From Candidatus Enterousia sp. (GTDB taxonomy: Bacteria > Pseudomonadota > Alphaproteobacteria > Rs-D84), in the NCBI GenBank assembly GCA_045539815.1, contig JAZQGC010000010.1, positions 27,583 through 91,582 of the forward strand: 64,000 nt of DNA. Direction: 5' to 3'. Positions within the stretch are counted from its first letter, which is position 1; every line of letters begins with the position of its first letter. Shown here piece after piece: positions 44,182-54,247 of this stretch. The translations under genes and the position numbers were made by a program. The notes under the pieces are model-generated. The model was not told the DNA's origin and made no database searches. It saw nothing but the letters and a program-made list of their open reading frames with translations.

Positions 44182-44886
44182 ATGGATCTGTTGATAAAAG
44201 GTTCAACCGAGTTAAACAAGATGTTTATGGCGTTACAACGTACTGCATCTGGTTTGCGTCGCGATTTTGGAGAGGTGGAAAACCTGCAACAGTCTTTGCG
44301 TGGTGCACGTGATTTTGTGCACAAGGCTGCGAACAGAATCGAAGAAAGTATTTTATCGGACCTGTTGTTGGTTCGTCCGGCGGCTGGTTTGTTGACGCCA
44401 AATGTATCGCGTGCCGGCGACGGTCGTGATGAATTTGTTTTGGCGTTGTCTGGTGCTTCTAATTTTGTTCGTGGTAATCCGCATTTTGCGATATCTTTGG
44501 CATTGCGTTCCAACGATGAAACCAAGATTGCGTTAATTTATTCCCCGATTGATGAACGTTTATATTACGCGGAATCTGGTCGTGGTGCGTATGTTTTTTC
44601 TGCGTTCCATTCGGCCAAGATAAAGGTTTCTAATTTATCAGAAGCGTCCGAATTAACGGTTGCATATAATACATCTGATGCGCGCCCATTGATTGGTTCT
44701 GTGCGTCGTACTGGTTGTCCTGCGTTGGATTTGGCGTGGGTTGCCGCGGGCAAGTTTGATGCGTTTGTTTCTGATCCGTTGGATTTTGCAGAAATTGCCG
44801 CGGGCGATTTAATCATACGCGAAGCTGGCGGTACAATTGAAATGATGGCGGACTTGGTTGCGTCAAACGGTAAAATAGAATTATAA
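44182..44886 (+). CDS. inositol monophosphatase/SuhB-family protein with degenerate metal-binding motifs
   Basis: Colinear with E. coli SuhB (NFVRGNPHFAISLAL; RRTGCPALDLAWVAAGKFDAF; AAGDLIIREAGG). However, EE is replaced by PN, DPLDGT by ALSGAS, and the WD motif is lost. Confidence 0.65.
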   Translation: MDLLIKGSTELNKMFMALQRTASGLRRDFGEVENLQQSLRGARDFVHKAANRIEESILSDLLLVRPAAGLLTPNVSRAGDGRDEFVLALSGASNFVRGNPHFAISLALRSNDETKIALIYSPIDERLYYAESGRGAYVFSAFHSAKIKVSNLSEASELTVAYNTSDARPLIGSVRRTGCPALDLAWVAAGKFDAFVSDPLDFAEIAAGDLIIREAGGTIEMMADLVASNGKIEL

Positions 44887-44910
44887 AAATCCGGCATTTG
44901 CCGGATTTTT
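44885..44910 (+). terminator. intrinsic terminator
   Basis: ATCCGGC-ATTT-GCCGGAT plus a T-tract. Confidence 0.7.
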
Positions 44911-44970
44911 AATTGAAAATATGATTTTTATTTTGTATCTTAACAAGACATATATTCATAGGGGAAAAAT

Positions 44971-45165
44971 ATGGACGAAACAAAATTGTCTTTTGAAGAA
45001 GCATATAAACAATTAACTGATTTGGTAAAAAAAATGGAATCTGGCGAATTGCCATTGGCTGATTCTGTCGCGGCATACGAACAGGGGATAAAATTAAAGG
45101 CTTACTGTGAACAGTTATTAAAAGAAGCTGAATTAAAAATAGAAACCCTGAAAGTAAATGCGTAA
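44971..45165 (+). CDS. xseB: exodeoxyribonuclease VII small subunit
   Basis: 64 aa. FEEAYKQLTDLVKKMESGELPLADSVAAYEQGIKL is the typical XseB helix hairpin. Confidence 0.85.
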   Translation: MDETKLSFEEAYKQLTDLVKKMESGELPLADSVAAYEQGIKLKAYCEQLLKEAELKIETLKVNA

Positions 45166-45196
45166 TTAATAACATAATATAAAAACGGATTTTGTT

Positions 45197-47719
45197 GTGG
45201 CGGAAAAAAGTAAATTGACCCCTGTTATGCAACAGTATGTGGATATGAAGGCTGAAAATCCAGATGCGTTGTTAATGTTTCGTTTGGGGGATTTTTATGA
45301 ATCTTTTTTTGAAGATGCGAAAATAATAAGTTCTGTATTGGGATTGGTTTTGACTGCGCGTGGGACCGATGCAGACGGTGTCAGTATCCCGATGTGTGGT
45401 ATTCCGTGGCATGCGGCGGATAATTATTTTGGTCGTCTTGTTCGGGCCGGGCACAAGGTTGCATTGGTTGAACAAATGGAAACCCCCGCCCAGGCCAAGG
45501 CGCGTGGACATAAATTTATCGATCGTCAGGTGGTCCGTGTTTTGACATCGGGAACATTGACAGATGAAAACTTGTTAACACCAAAAAATTCTAATTTTTT
45601 AATAGCTGTATCACCGTTATCTGGCGGAAAATACGATATTGCAGGATGTGATATTTCAACAGGTGAATTTTTTGTTGGTCAAACCAAGGATTTGATTGAT
45701 GACCTGGTTCGGATATCCCCGGCCGAGGTTATATTTCCTTTTTCATCAGCCGAAGAAAAAAATATTATGACCGTGCGTTCTATGTTCAAGTCTTCGCCTG
45801 TGTATGAAAAACTGTATCATCGCAGTGATATTGACATGGTTGTTTCGCGTGTTTTTGGTGGTGCGGTTGATGCGGGTGCGGTTATAACTGACACAGATTG
45901 TGCGATATGTTTGTTGGCGGGATATTTATTTAACACCCAACGCGATGCCACGATAACATTTCGTGCGCCGTATACATTTAAGTCTGGGCGGCAGTTATTG
46001 ATTGATTCTGCAACATGGAAAAGTTTGGAAATAGATGCGCCAATCAACGACGGCGGTGTATGTTTAATTGATGTTCTGGATGAAACCTGTACGGCGGCCG
46101 GTGCGCGTAAATTGCGTTCGTATTTGCGTAATTTATCTGGTGATGCGTCCCAGATTATATCGCGTCAAAAACATGTTTCGCATTTTGTATCCAATCCAGA
46201 TGTTATGTCGTCTGTATCCAACATGTTATCTGTGATACCTGATGTTGGTCGTTCTTTGTCCAGATTATTATCTGGTCGTGGCACACCGCGCGATATGCGT
46301 TATATCCAAGAATTTTTATCTGCGTTACCACGCGCCCAGATTTTATCTGCGCGTTTGGATTCTGACTTTGCACAGCGTTTTGCGTCTGTTCGCACACACA
46401 GTGATTTATCAGACAAATTGGCGCGTGCGCTGGCAGATGAATTACCGACTTTTTTCCGTGATGGCAATGTAATTCGTGATGGTTTTGATGTGTCTTTGGA
46501 TAACATGCGTGGTTTATCGCATGGCGCGCGTGAAACGATTGCGGCATTACAATCTGAATATATATCGCGCACATCCGTTAATACATTAAAGATAAAGTAT
46601 AATAATATCCTGGGATATTTTATAGAGGTTCCATCGGCCCGCGCAGATGCGCTAATGTCGCCTGATTCTGGTTTTATTCATCGCCAGACAATGGCGGGCA
46701 ATATGCGATTTACAACTGCGCGCTTGATTGATTTGGATAACGATGTGCGCAGTGCCGCGGAAAAGGCCGCCGGCATCGAATCCGAAATCATAAATTCTTT
46801 TATATCAGAAATTCGTGATATTGCAGACGATTTATTATCAACGGCTGATTTATTGGCGGATATTGATGTTTGGTTATCATTGTCGTTGGTTGCATCTAAA
46901 TACGATTGGGTGTGTCCGGTGATAACAACAGATTGTTCGTATGATGTTGTTGGTGGTCGTCATCCTGTGATTGAGTCTGTATTGCGTTCACGGGGCGATA
47001 ATTTTGTAAAAAACGACTGTAATTTAAATATAAAATCTATTGCGTTATTGACGGGGCCGAACATGGCGGGTAAATCGACATATCTGCGCCAGAATGCGAT
47101 AATTATAGTATTGGCGCATCTGGGATCATTTGTTCCGGCAACGCGTGCAACGATTGGTGTTTGTGACCAGTTATTCAGTCGTGTTGGTGCGTCTGATAAT
47201 TTGGCGGCGGGGCAGTCTACCTTTATGGTGGAAATGAGCGAGACTGCAAATATCTTAAATCGTGCAACCAAACAGTCTTTTATAATATTTGATGAAATTG
47301 GGCGTGGGACTGCAACCTATGATGGTATGGCGATTGCCCAGGCTGTTTTAGAATTTTTGGATAATATGCAACCGCGAACATTATTTGCGACCCATTACCA
47401 TGAATTAACTGCGTTGGCGCAGGGTGGTCATTTGTCGCATGTTGCGTGTTTAACGATTGATGTTCGTGAACATAACAATGATATAATATTTATGCACAAA
47501 ATTGTTGCAGGCGTGGCAAATCGGTCGTATGGTATCCAGGTGGCAAAAATGGCTGGTATGCCCGAATCGGTTGTTTCGCGTGCAGAATGTGTTTTAAATT
47601 CGTTGGAATCAAATTCGATAACAAAATCATCTGTGATTCAATCAGAAAATAAAAAACCAACACGTCAGAAATCTTGCGTGTCCGATTCTTTACCGCCACA
47701 GTTAAATTTATTTGGATAA
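45197..47719 (+). CDS. mutS: DNA mismatch repair protein MutS (GTG start)
   Basis: 840 aa with TPVMQQY...FRLGDFYE at the N-terminus, Walker A GPNMAGKST, and STFMVEMSET. Confidence 0.95.
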   Translation: MAEKSKLTPVMQQYVDMKAENPDALLMFRLGDFYESFFEDAKIISSVLGLVLTARGTDADGVSIPMCGIPWHAADNYFGRLVRAGHKVALVEQMETPAQAKARGHKFIDRQVVRVLTSGTLTDENLLTPKNSNFLIAVSPLSGGKYDIAGCDISTGEFFVGQTKDLIDDLVRISPAEVIFPFSSAEEKNIMTVRSMFKSSPVYEKLYHRSDIDMVVSRVFGGAVDAGAVITDTDCAICLLAGYLFNTQRDATITFRAPYTFKSGRQLLIDSATWKSLEIDAPINDGGVCLIDVLDETCTAAGARKLRSYLRNLSGDASQIISRQKHVSHFVSNPDVMSSVSNMLSVIPDVGRSLSRLLSGRGTPRDMRYIQEFLSALPRAQILSARLDSDFAQRFASVRTHSDLSDKLARALADELPTFFRDGNVIRDGFDVSLDNMRGLSHGARETIAALQSEYISRTSVNTLKIKYNNILGYFIEVPSARADALMSPDSGFIHRQTMAGNMRFTTARLIDLDNDVRSAAEKAAGIESEIINSFISEIRDIADDLLSTADLLADIDVWLSLSLVASKYDWVCPVITTDCSYDVVGGRHPVIESVLRSRGDNFVKNDCNLNIKSIALLTGPNMAGKSTYLRQNAIIIVLAHLGSFVPATRATIGVCDQLFSRVGASDNLAAGQSTFMVEMSETANILNRATKQSFIIFDEIGRGTATYDGMAIAQAVLEFLDNMQPRTLFATHYHELTALAQGGHLSHVACLTIDVREHNNDIIFMHKIVAGVANRSYGIQVAKMAGMPESVVSRAECVLNSLESNSITKSSVIQSENKKPTRQKSCVSDSLPPQLNLFG

Positions 47720-47734
47720 AATGGAATAAGAAAA

Positions 47735-48142
47735 ATGATTGATAAAAACAGTGTTTTAATACAGTCTAATATGAACAAAGATCGTTGTGGCAATAATGTG
47801 ACGGTTGTCCATGACAGAAAATCATATGATAAATATATATCACAATATTTTAATAACCAGGCGCTGGCAGATTATTTATTTCCGGTTTTTGTCTTGCGCA
47901 GTTATGCGGGCGGAACGGCGTCTGTTGCATCAGAAGTGCTAAGGTTTATTGTTGCAAACAGTTACGATACCGATAAAGAAAACGGCAAGGTTTATGCCGT
48001 TAATACATACGAAGGCGCGCGTATTCAAATACCGTCTGATTACAAGATTATAAATCCTGCGGGCTGGCAGATATATCCACAAAAACGCACAATGGTCCTG
48101 GAAGACGTATACAGATTTGTGTGCAGAAATTTACACAGATAA
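47735..48142 (+). CDS. hypothetical protein (135 aa)
   Basis: ORF filling the mutS-truB gap. No recognisable motifs. Confidence 0.35.
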   Translation: MIDKNSVLIQSNMNKDRCGNNVTVVHDRKSYDKYISQYFNNQALADYLFPVFVLRSYAGGTASVASEVLRFIVANSYDTDKENGKVYAVNTYEGARIQIPSDYKIINPAGWQIYPQKRTMVLEDVYRFVCRNLHR

Positions 48143-48146
48143 TACC

Positions 48147-49025
48147 ATGCAAACACCGTCGGGCTGGATTATATTGGACAAAGACAGCGGACTGTTTTCC
48201 AGAACGGCGGGTGGGCGTATTGCGCGTATGTTGGGAACAAAAAAGTACGGCCATATTGGAACATTGGATCCGATGGCGACTGGTGTTTTGCCAATCGCGA
48301 TTGGCGATGCGACCAAAATGATACCGTTCATAGAAGATGTAAATTCCCATACAAAAGAATATTTGTTTTCATGTCAGTTTGGTTTTGAAACCAATACATT
48401 GGATATCACGGGTGTTGAAACTGCGCGAAATGATATTATTCCATGTGAATCAGATGTTATTTCCGTGTTGTCTGATTTTGTTGGCAAAATAAAACAGATT
48501 CCGCCCCAGTATTCCGCGGTGCATGTTAACGGTAATCGTGCATATGATGTCGCGCGTCGTGGTTGTACAATTGATATTCCCCCGCGTGATATTCAGATAT
48601 TTGAACTGGAATATTTGGGGATTGTTGATAAATCGTGGCAATTTCGTGTCTGTTGCAGTCGTGGTACCTATGTTCGTTCATTGGCGCGCGACATTGCGCA
48701 CAGGTGTAATGCATTGGCGACGGTTGATATGATACGGCGCACACGAACAAATGGTTTTGATATAAAAGATTCAGTAAAACTTGATTTTTTAGAAAAAGTA
48801 TTTAATAATAGTGGAAATTTCGGGGATAACCTGAAATCGGTTGATTTTGGACTGGGGGACATTCCGGTTCTGAATCTGGCTGATAAAGACGCAAGTTTTT
48901 ATAAAAATGGTGGCTTTATCAAGACGGATGCGGCCCATGGCATGTATCGTGTTTATACTGGCGATATTTTTGTTGGTATTGGCATGGTCTGTGACGGCGT
49001 GTTGCGTCCACAAAGAACAATTTAA
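48147..49025 (+). CDS. truB: tRNA pseudouridine-55 synthase
   Basis: [10 protein letters not shown]..., with the catalytic [13 protein letters not shown] motif. Start taken at MQTPSGW (track ORF begins at 48117). Confidence 0.9.
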   Translation: MQTPSGWIILDKDSGLFSRTAGGRIARMLGTKKYGHIGTLDPMATGVLPIAIGDATKMIPFIEDVNSHTKEYLFSCQFGFETNTLDITGVETARNDIIPCESDVISVLSDFVGKIKQIPPQYSAVHVNGNRAYDVARRGCTIDIPPRDIQIFELEYLGIVDKSWQFRVCCSRGTYVRSLARDIAHRCNALATVDMIRRTRTNGFDIKDSVKLDFLEKVFNNSGNFGDNLKSVDFGLGDIPVLNLADKDASFYKNGGFIKTDAAHGMYRVYTGDIFVGIGMVCDGVLRPQRTI

Positions 49026-49042
49026 AACAAAGGAAAAAAACA

Positions 49043-49315
49043 ATGTCCATTACAAAGACAAAAAAATCTGAATTGATTCAGGCTTACAAAATATCTGATA
49101 AAGATAATGGTGGTTCCGTTGAATCCCAGGTTGCTGTTTTAACAGAACGCATCCGCAATTTGACAGAACATATGAAGGCTAACCACAAAGACAATCATTC
49201 AAAACGTGGTTTGTTGTTGATGGTTAATCGTCGTAAAAAACTGTTGGCCTATATCAAGAAGCGTAACGTGGAAGATTATGAAGCTTTGATTAAAAAGCTG
49301 GGTCTGCGTAAATAA
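49043..49315 (+). CDS. rpsO: 30S ribosomal protein S15
   Basis: 90 aa with [33 protein letters not shown]. Confidence 0.95.
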   Translation: MSITKTKKSELIQAYKISDKDNGGSVESQVAVLTERIRNLTEHMKANHKDNHSKRGLLLMVNRRKKLLAYIKKRNVEDYEALIKKLGLRK

Positions 49316-49342
49316 AAAATCCCGCGTTTTGCGGGTTTTTTT
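49314..49342. terminator. bidirectional intrinsic terminator (rpsO / virD4 convergent)
   Basis: A-tract, then CCCGC-GTTTT-GCGGG, then T7. Confidence 0.7.
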
Positions 49343-51584
49343 ATTGTGTAATTTCGCGTACCTTTTTTGTTTTCGCGTCATATATGCGTGGTTGTCCTTC
49401 GTAATGCAACGCATGATGATGTTTTGGTATCATATATTCTGGAATTGGCGATGCGCGTTCCATTTTGACCTTGTCGTTGAGTGCGATTTGTATTTTATTT
49501 TTGCGCAAGAAGTGCCATTCACCATCGGCCTCAATCGGTCTGTTATAGTATCCCTGGTACAGCACGATTTGTCGTGCATCTGGCAGTGTCATTAAATCCA
49601 TTGGTGAAAACAAGTCTTCTTCTTTGTCGACTTCGATTTCTTTGCCGTCTGGTCCTTTTTCCTTCTTTTTTGTTTTTTTCTTGCCAATCATGCGTGTGAA
49701 TTTTTCAGCAGTTGCCGGGTCATTAACACGCAATATAATCTTGGCGGCAGTATTTGCGATAATTGTTTCTGCGGCCTTGTCGCCGTATTTATCCTGAATC
49801 TGACTGATGTCCTGCCCGACAATCAGATACGATACCTTTTGTCCGCGTCCAACTGCGGGGCCTTGAACGATGGCTTCCAGTTTGTTCATAGTTGGCATTT
49901 CGTCCAATACGAACAACGCAGGATATGGTCCCAACTTTTTTCCATGATTTGTTTTTTCTGGTGGATTCGCAATCAAGAAATTAGACAACAGTTCAATGAA
50001 CATACTGGTGATTGGTTTAAATGCCGGCGCATCGGCAACATTCATTGACAGATATATTGTAATCGGTTTGATTTTTCCATCTGTTGGGTCGACCATACCG
50101 CGCATATCGCTGAAATGGATGTCAGAATGTCGCGTATGTTTGTTTACTGCGGGGTGTCTGAAAATGTTTAATCCTGCGTTCATGGTTGACATAATAGAAC
50201 CGCGTTCCTTGTCCGGCGTGTTTGCCAGGTTGATAAATGCAGAAATAGCATCATCGTTATAGGAATATAATCTGGCTTCGTTAACAGCGGCGTTCAAGAA
50301 ATCTTTCATTGGGTCGGCCATCATAACCATTTGGTCGCCTTGTTTTTTTCTTTCTTCCAGGTCGTTTGCGACCTTTAATTGACCTTCTACGTACCATGCC
50401 AAGAACATTGGGATTGATGCCTCGGCCCCGTGCCACTCTGCGGGCAGTCCACCCCATGTACCGACATGGACATAATTATCCAGTGTCAGTTCGCCGCGTT
50501 GTAATGCCGCCATTGCAGCGTATGCGTTCGGGTCTGATGACATTGTCATATAGTAATCCATCAACACGACGGCGTCCTGTTCGTCAAATGTGCCGTTTTG
50601 CAGTCGGTTATAGAAATAGTCGTTCGCCTTGGCGCGTTCGACCTTGGAAATTATAAAGTTTATATATCCTGTTAATGCTGCGCGCGCCGTATTTGACCAG
50701 TGTGGGTCTTTGGCGTTTTCTTCAATAATAGTATTCACGATAACTTGAATATATGTACTGCGTTCTTCGATTGTTGTCGGCATGTTTTCCGGGGACAGCG
50801 GATTCCACGCAGGATAATATATTCCGTTTTCTGGTTCGTCTGGTGCTGCCCAGTTTAATATAAATACTGGTCCAACCGTTGCGCGATATCCAGATGTATC
50901 GCGGTCCAGTTCTGGTTTAGGGTCGTTTATAATCATTGAAACATTATCGCACCCCAAGATTGTCGGTATAACGACACCTTGTGTTTTACCGGTACCAGCG
51001 GGCGCCAATAACAACGCAGACAGGCATGTATCCATTTTTAATGGTTTGCCTTTGAAATACCCCAATACCATCATAAATCCGCCAAACAGCCCTTCGTTAT
51101 TCTTGTGGTCTGATTTCATTTTTTTGATATCGTTGGCATTTGCCTTGCGCGAAGATTTTTCGTCAAATTTATCTTTTGAGTGCGGATTGATTTCATCTGT
51201 CATTGTTGCATCGGCCAAGAAGTAGTACGCAATAACCGGTAACAGTGGTGTTATGCATGCAATGTCTGGTCGTAATATACAGCGTATAAGCCAATCTGGA
51301 ATTTGCGCCAACACAGACATCCCAAGTGTGTTAATTGCCTGGTGAAAATATATCCATATCCAATGCTTGGTTGCGGGTGACCAACCGTAACGCCATATTT
51401 GTTCAATTGGAAACGCGCACGCGACCAACAATGCGGCAATCAGCCATACAATTATTGTCCATCGTATGGACCAAAATTCGCGTGCCAGTGGTGTTTTTTC
51501 GTGTTCTTTATAGGCCTCGGACCGGAAAATACTGATTCCTTTGCCTTTGCCCGACATTGATAAAAAGTTGAATTTAGCTGCCAT
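49341..51584 (-). CDS. virD4: type IV secretion coupling protein VirD4/TraG family
   Basis: 747 aa with N-terminal TMs, Walker A LLLAPAGTGKTQGVVIPT, Walker B-like LFVLDEMPTMNKLE, and a TraG/VirD4-type all-alpha insert. Confidence 0.85.
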   Translation of the reverse strand: MAAKFNFLSMSGKGKGISIFRSEAYKEHEKTPLAREFWSIRWTIIVWLIAALLVACAFPIEQIWRYGWSPATKHWIWIYFHQAINTLGMSVLAQIPDWLIRCILRPDIACITPLLPVIAYYFLADATMTDEINPHSKDKFDEKSSRKANANDIKKMKSDHKNNEGLFGGFMMVLGYFKGKPLKMDTCLSALLLAPAGTGKTQGVVIPTILGCDNVSMIINDPKPELDRDTSGYRATVGPVFILNWAAPDEPENGIYYPAWNPLSPENMPTTIEERSTYIQVIVNTIIEENAKDPHWSNTARAALTGYINFIISKVERAKANDYFYNRLQNGTFDEQDAVVLMDYYMTMSSDPNAYAAMAALQRGELTLDNYVHVGTWGGLPAEWHGAEASIPMFLAWYVEGQLKVANDLEERKKQGDQMVMMADPMKDFLNAAVNEARLYSYNDDAISAFINLANTPDKERGSIMSTMNAGLNIFRHPAVNKHTRHSDIHFSDMRGMVDPTDGKIKPITIYLSMNVADAPAFKPITSMFIELLSNFLIANPPEKTNHGKKLGPYPALFVLDEMPTMNKLEAIVQGPAVGRGQKVSYLIVGQDISQIQDKYGDKAAETIIANTAAKIILRVNDPATAEKFTRMIGKKKTKKKEKGPDGKEIEVDKEEDLFSPMDLMTLPDARQIVLYQGYYNRPIEADGEWHFLRKNKIQIALNDKVKMERASPIPEYMIPKHHHALHYEGQPRIYDAKTKKVREITQ

Positions 51585-51640
51585 AATGGTATTATTATAA
51601 CATAAAAAAGGTGTTTTATAAATCAGGAAATAATAAAATT

Positions 51641-52297
51641 ATGAAAAATATTCCAAGAATTTTCGTCGGCGATAATGTTGATACGGGGATGGTTTTGCCT
51701 GTTTCGCGTGAAGTATCGCATTATTTGTCGCGTGTTATGCGAACAAACAGTTGTTTGGTTTTTGGGGGTGGTTATGAATTTAATGCGGTCTTGTCAGATG
51801 ATAAGTCTGCGTTAATTGTTGGTGCAAAAACAGATCATGCGGATCCGTCTAACAATATTACATTGATGTTTGCACCGATAAAAAGAACGGATGATTTGTT
51901 GAATATGGCGACACAGATGGGTGTTGCGTGTTTTCAGCCTGTTATAACCCAGCGAACAAATGCCAATCGTATAAACTGGGCGCGTATGAACAAGATTGTT
52001 GTTGAAAGTGCAGAACAATCAAATCGTAACAGTGTTCCCCAGATTTTACCAGCGGTTAAATTTTCAGACCTGGATTTGTCAGGTGTTGTTTTTGCGGACG
52101 AGCGTGCCGCCCATGGTCGTGATGTGTCGGATGAAATTGATGATGTAAAATATTTATTGGTTGGTCCCGAAGGTGGTTTTTCAGATTCTGAATTTGATGC
52201 GTTGGATTGCGCTGGGGCGCGTGGTATATCATTGGGACGCACAATTTTGCGTGCAGAATTGGCGGCGTCTGTTGCAATTGCACGGGTGGTGAAGTAA
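51641..52297 (+). CDS. rsmE: 16S rRNA m3U1498 methyltransferase RsmE
   Basis: MKNIPRIFV..., with a C-terminal SPOUT knot (LLVGPEGGFSDSE...ISLGRTILRAE). The track ORF starts 30 nt earlier. Confidence 0.8.
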   Translation: MKNIPRIFVGDNVDTGMVLPVSREVSHYLSRVMRTNSCLVFGGGYEFNAVLSDDKSALIVGAKTDHADPSNNITLMFAPIKRTDDLLNMATQMGVACFQPVITQRTNANRINWARMNKIVVESAEQSNRNSVPQILPAVKFSDLDLSGVVFADERAAHGRDVSDEIDDVKYLLVGPEGGFSDSEFDALDCAGARGISLGRTILRAELAASVAIARVVK

Positions 52298-52995
52298 TGG
52301 GAATCAGACTTGCAAAATATTTATCGGACTCGTCCGTTGCGTCGCGTCGTTATGCCGAAGACATGATACGTGCGGGTCGTGTGTGTGTAAATGGTGTTGT
52401 TGTTGATACGCCTGTGTTTTTTGTTTCAGATGGCGATGTTGTTACATTGGATGGTAATGAAATTGCCGCGCGACACAGTACAGACCTGTATATGTTTCAC
52501 AAGCCTGTAAATACGATGACGACATTGCGTGATCCTGATGGGCGCAAAACAATATATGATTGTTTACCTGACAGTTTCAAGAATTTAAAATATGTGGGTC
52601 GTTTGGATTTTAAGACCACAGGATTGTTATTGCTGACAAACGATGGTGATTTGGCGCGTCGTTTAACATTGCCTTCGTCTGGGATTTTACGCACATATAT
52701 TGCAACGGTTGATTGCATAGATATGTCGGGCATTGCGCGTGCGCGTCGTGGTGTAACGGTTGATGGTGTTCGTTATGCGCCGATGGATATATCTGTTATT
52801 GATTCTTCTAATTTGCGCGTAACAATCAGCGAAGGAAAAAAGAACGAGGTCAGAATAGTCTTGCGTTCATGTGGATGTCCTGTGCGCAGATTGCACAGGA
52901 TTTCGTTTGGTGATATTCAATTGGGTGATTTGCCTGTTGGTAAAATTTGTAAGCTGTCACAGAAAACAATTGACGCAATGTTAAAAAAACTCTAA
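52297..52995 (+). CDS. RsuA/RluB-family pseudouridine synthase with an S4 domain
   Basis: MGIRLAKYLSDSSVASRR (S4 domain), plus the catalytic VGRLDFKTTGLLLLTNDGDL. Its ATG overlaps the rsmE stop (TAATG). Confidence 0.85.
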   Translation: MGIRLAKYLSDSSVASRRYAEDMIRAGRVCVNGVVVDTPVFFVSDGDVVTLDGNEIAARHSTDLYMFHKPVNTMTTLRDPDGRKTIYDCLPDSFKNLKYVGRLDFKTTGLLLLTNDGDLARRLTLPSSGILRTYIATVDCIDMSGIARARRGVTVDGVRYAPMDISVIDSSNLRVTISEGKKNEVRIVLRSCGCPVRRLHRISFGDIQLGDLPVGKICKLSQKTIDAMLKKL

Positions 52996-53025
52996 TATTC
53001 AATTATTCAAGGAAGGGAGTTTTAT

Positions 53026-54057
53026 ATGAAAAAAACATCTGCTGGCAAGGGATTAAATACAAGAAAAGGCGCAAAACTGCGTCCTGTGGCGTCCAAGACG
53101 ACAATAAAACAGCCGCGTGCCAAGACATGTTCTGGTGCATGGTCTGTATCAATTTATATCTATTGGTTTATAATTTTGTTCTTTATTGCTGCGACATTTT
53201 ACATTTTGGGACGCAGTCATAATATGCAAACAAATGTATCTGTTGCACCAATTACAGAAGAGGTTTTATTACAAGCCGCTGATTATTATGAAACAGGTAA
53301 ACAAAAATTAACATCCGGTCAGATTGAAGAAGCGATATCTGATTTAAGTGCTGCAATTGATGGTGGGGCCGCGTCTGTTGATACATATATCCTGCGTGGC
53401 GAAGCGTATATGCAGTCTGGTAATTATCGTGATGCGATGGCTGATTTTAATGCGGCCTTGGCAAAAAATCCTGCGAACCCGGTTGCGTATTATGATCGTT
53501 ATCTGTTGAATTCCAGATTGGAAGATTATAATTCTGCGTTAAGCGATATTAATAACGCCTTGGCGGCCAGCACCAAGAACCCCAGCCCAATTTTGCAAAT
53601 GCGTGATTTGTATGCAAAGCGTGGCCAGTTGAATTTGTGGTTGAAAAACTGGGAAGGGGCGGTTGCAGATTTTACAAATTCGTTGGCACGCCCAGAAGGT
53701 ACAGTTGATGCAAATGTTTATGCAGATCGTGCCGAAGCATACACTGCGTTGGGTAAATATGCAGACGCGATAAACGATTATTCATCTGCGGTACGCGTTA
53801 TATCTGAACAGATTCAGGGTGCTGTATCTTCTGATGAACGCGAATCTTTGTCCAGCAGCGCAATGGGTTATTTTGAAAAATCGGCTGCGTTGAATCTGAA
53901 TTTGGGTAATATAGATGCCGCGCGTACTGATTTGGAATCGTCATATGCGATTGCGGTTGCGTTGGATGATACGGACAGTGTTGCGCGTTTACAGGCTTTG
54001 ATTACAGATTTAAATCGTCCTGTATCAGAAACTGTTTCCGCAACAGTGGCACAATAA
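53026..54057 (+). CDS. membrane-anchored TPR-repeat protein
   Basis: 343 aa with a basic N-terminus, one TM (IYIYWFIILFFIAATFYIL), then TPR repeats (YILRGEAYMQSGNYRDAMADFNAALAKNPANP...). Confidence 0.6.
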   Translation: MKKTSAGKGLNTRKGAKLRPVASKTTIKQPRAKTCSGAWSVSIYIYWFIILFFIAATFYILGRSHNMQTNVSVAPITEEVLLQAADYYETGKQKLTSGQIEEAISDLSAAIDGGAASVDTYILRGEAYMQSGNYRDAMADFNAALAKNPANPVAYYDRYLLNSRLEDYNSALSDINNALAASTKNPSPILQMRDLYAKRGQLNLWLKNWEGAVADFTNSLARPEGTVDANVYADRAEAYTALGKYADAINDYSSAVRVISEQIQGAVSSDERESLSSSAMGYFEKSAALNLNLGNIDAARTDLESSYAIAVALDDTDSVARLQALITDLNRPVSETVSATVAQ

Positions 54058-54069
54058 TTATTTCAGAAA

Positions 54070-54098
54070 TAAAAAACGCCCGTTTGGGCGTTTTTTTT
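54070..54098 (+). terminator. intrinsic terminator
   Basis: ACGCCC-GTTT-GGGCGT plus T8. Confidence 0.75.
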
Positions 54099-54109
54099 GT
54101 TGTTTTTAT

Positions 54110-54137
54110 TTGCAAAGCTTTAAATATGTTTTATAAT
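54110..54137 (+). promoter_or_regulatory. sigma70-type promoter for pnp
   Basis: TTGCAA (54110-54115), 16 nt, TATAAT (54132-54137). Confidence 0.6.
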
Positions 54138-54144
54138 TTTGTCG

Positions 54145-54209
54145 GCGAAGGTGAATTATTCTTTTGTGCATCTGTGTTCAGGGTGCAGAAACGAATGATT
54201 TTTCTTCGC
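54145..54209 (+). promoter_or_regulatory. long imperfect hairpin at the 5' end of the pnp leader (RNase III-type autoregulatory stem candidate)
   Basis: GCGAAGGTGAATTATTCTTTTGTGCATCTG ... CAGGGTGCAGAAACGAATGATTTTTCTTCGC. Hand pairing gives about 26 pairs (including G-U) over 29 positions, starting about 7 nt after the -10. Confidence 0.5.
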
Positions 54210-54247
54210 AATCATTAAATTAACTTTTATAATTATGGAGAAAATAA

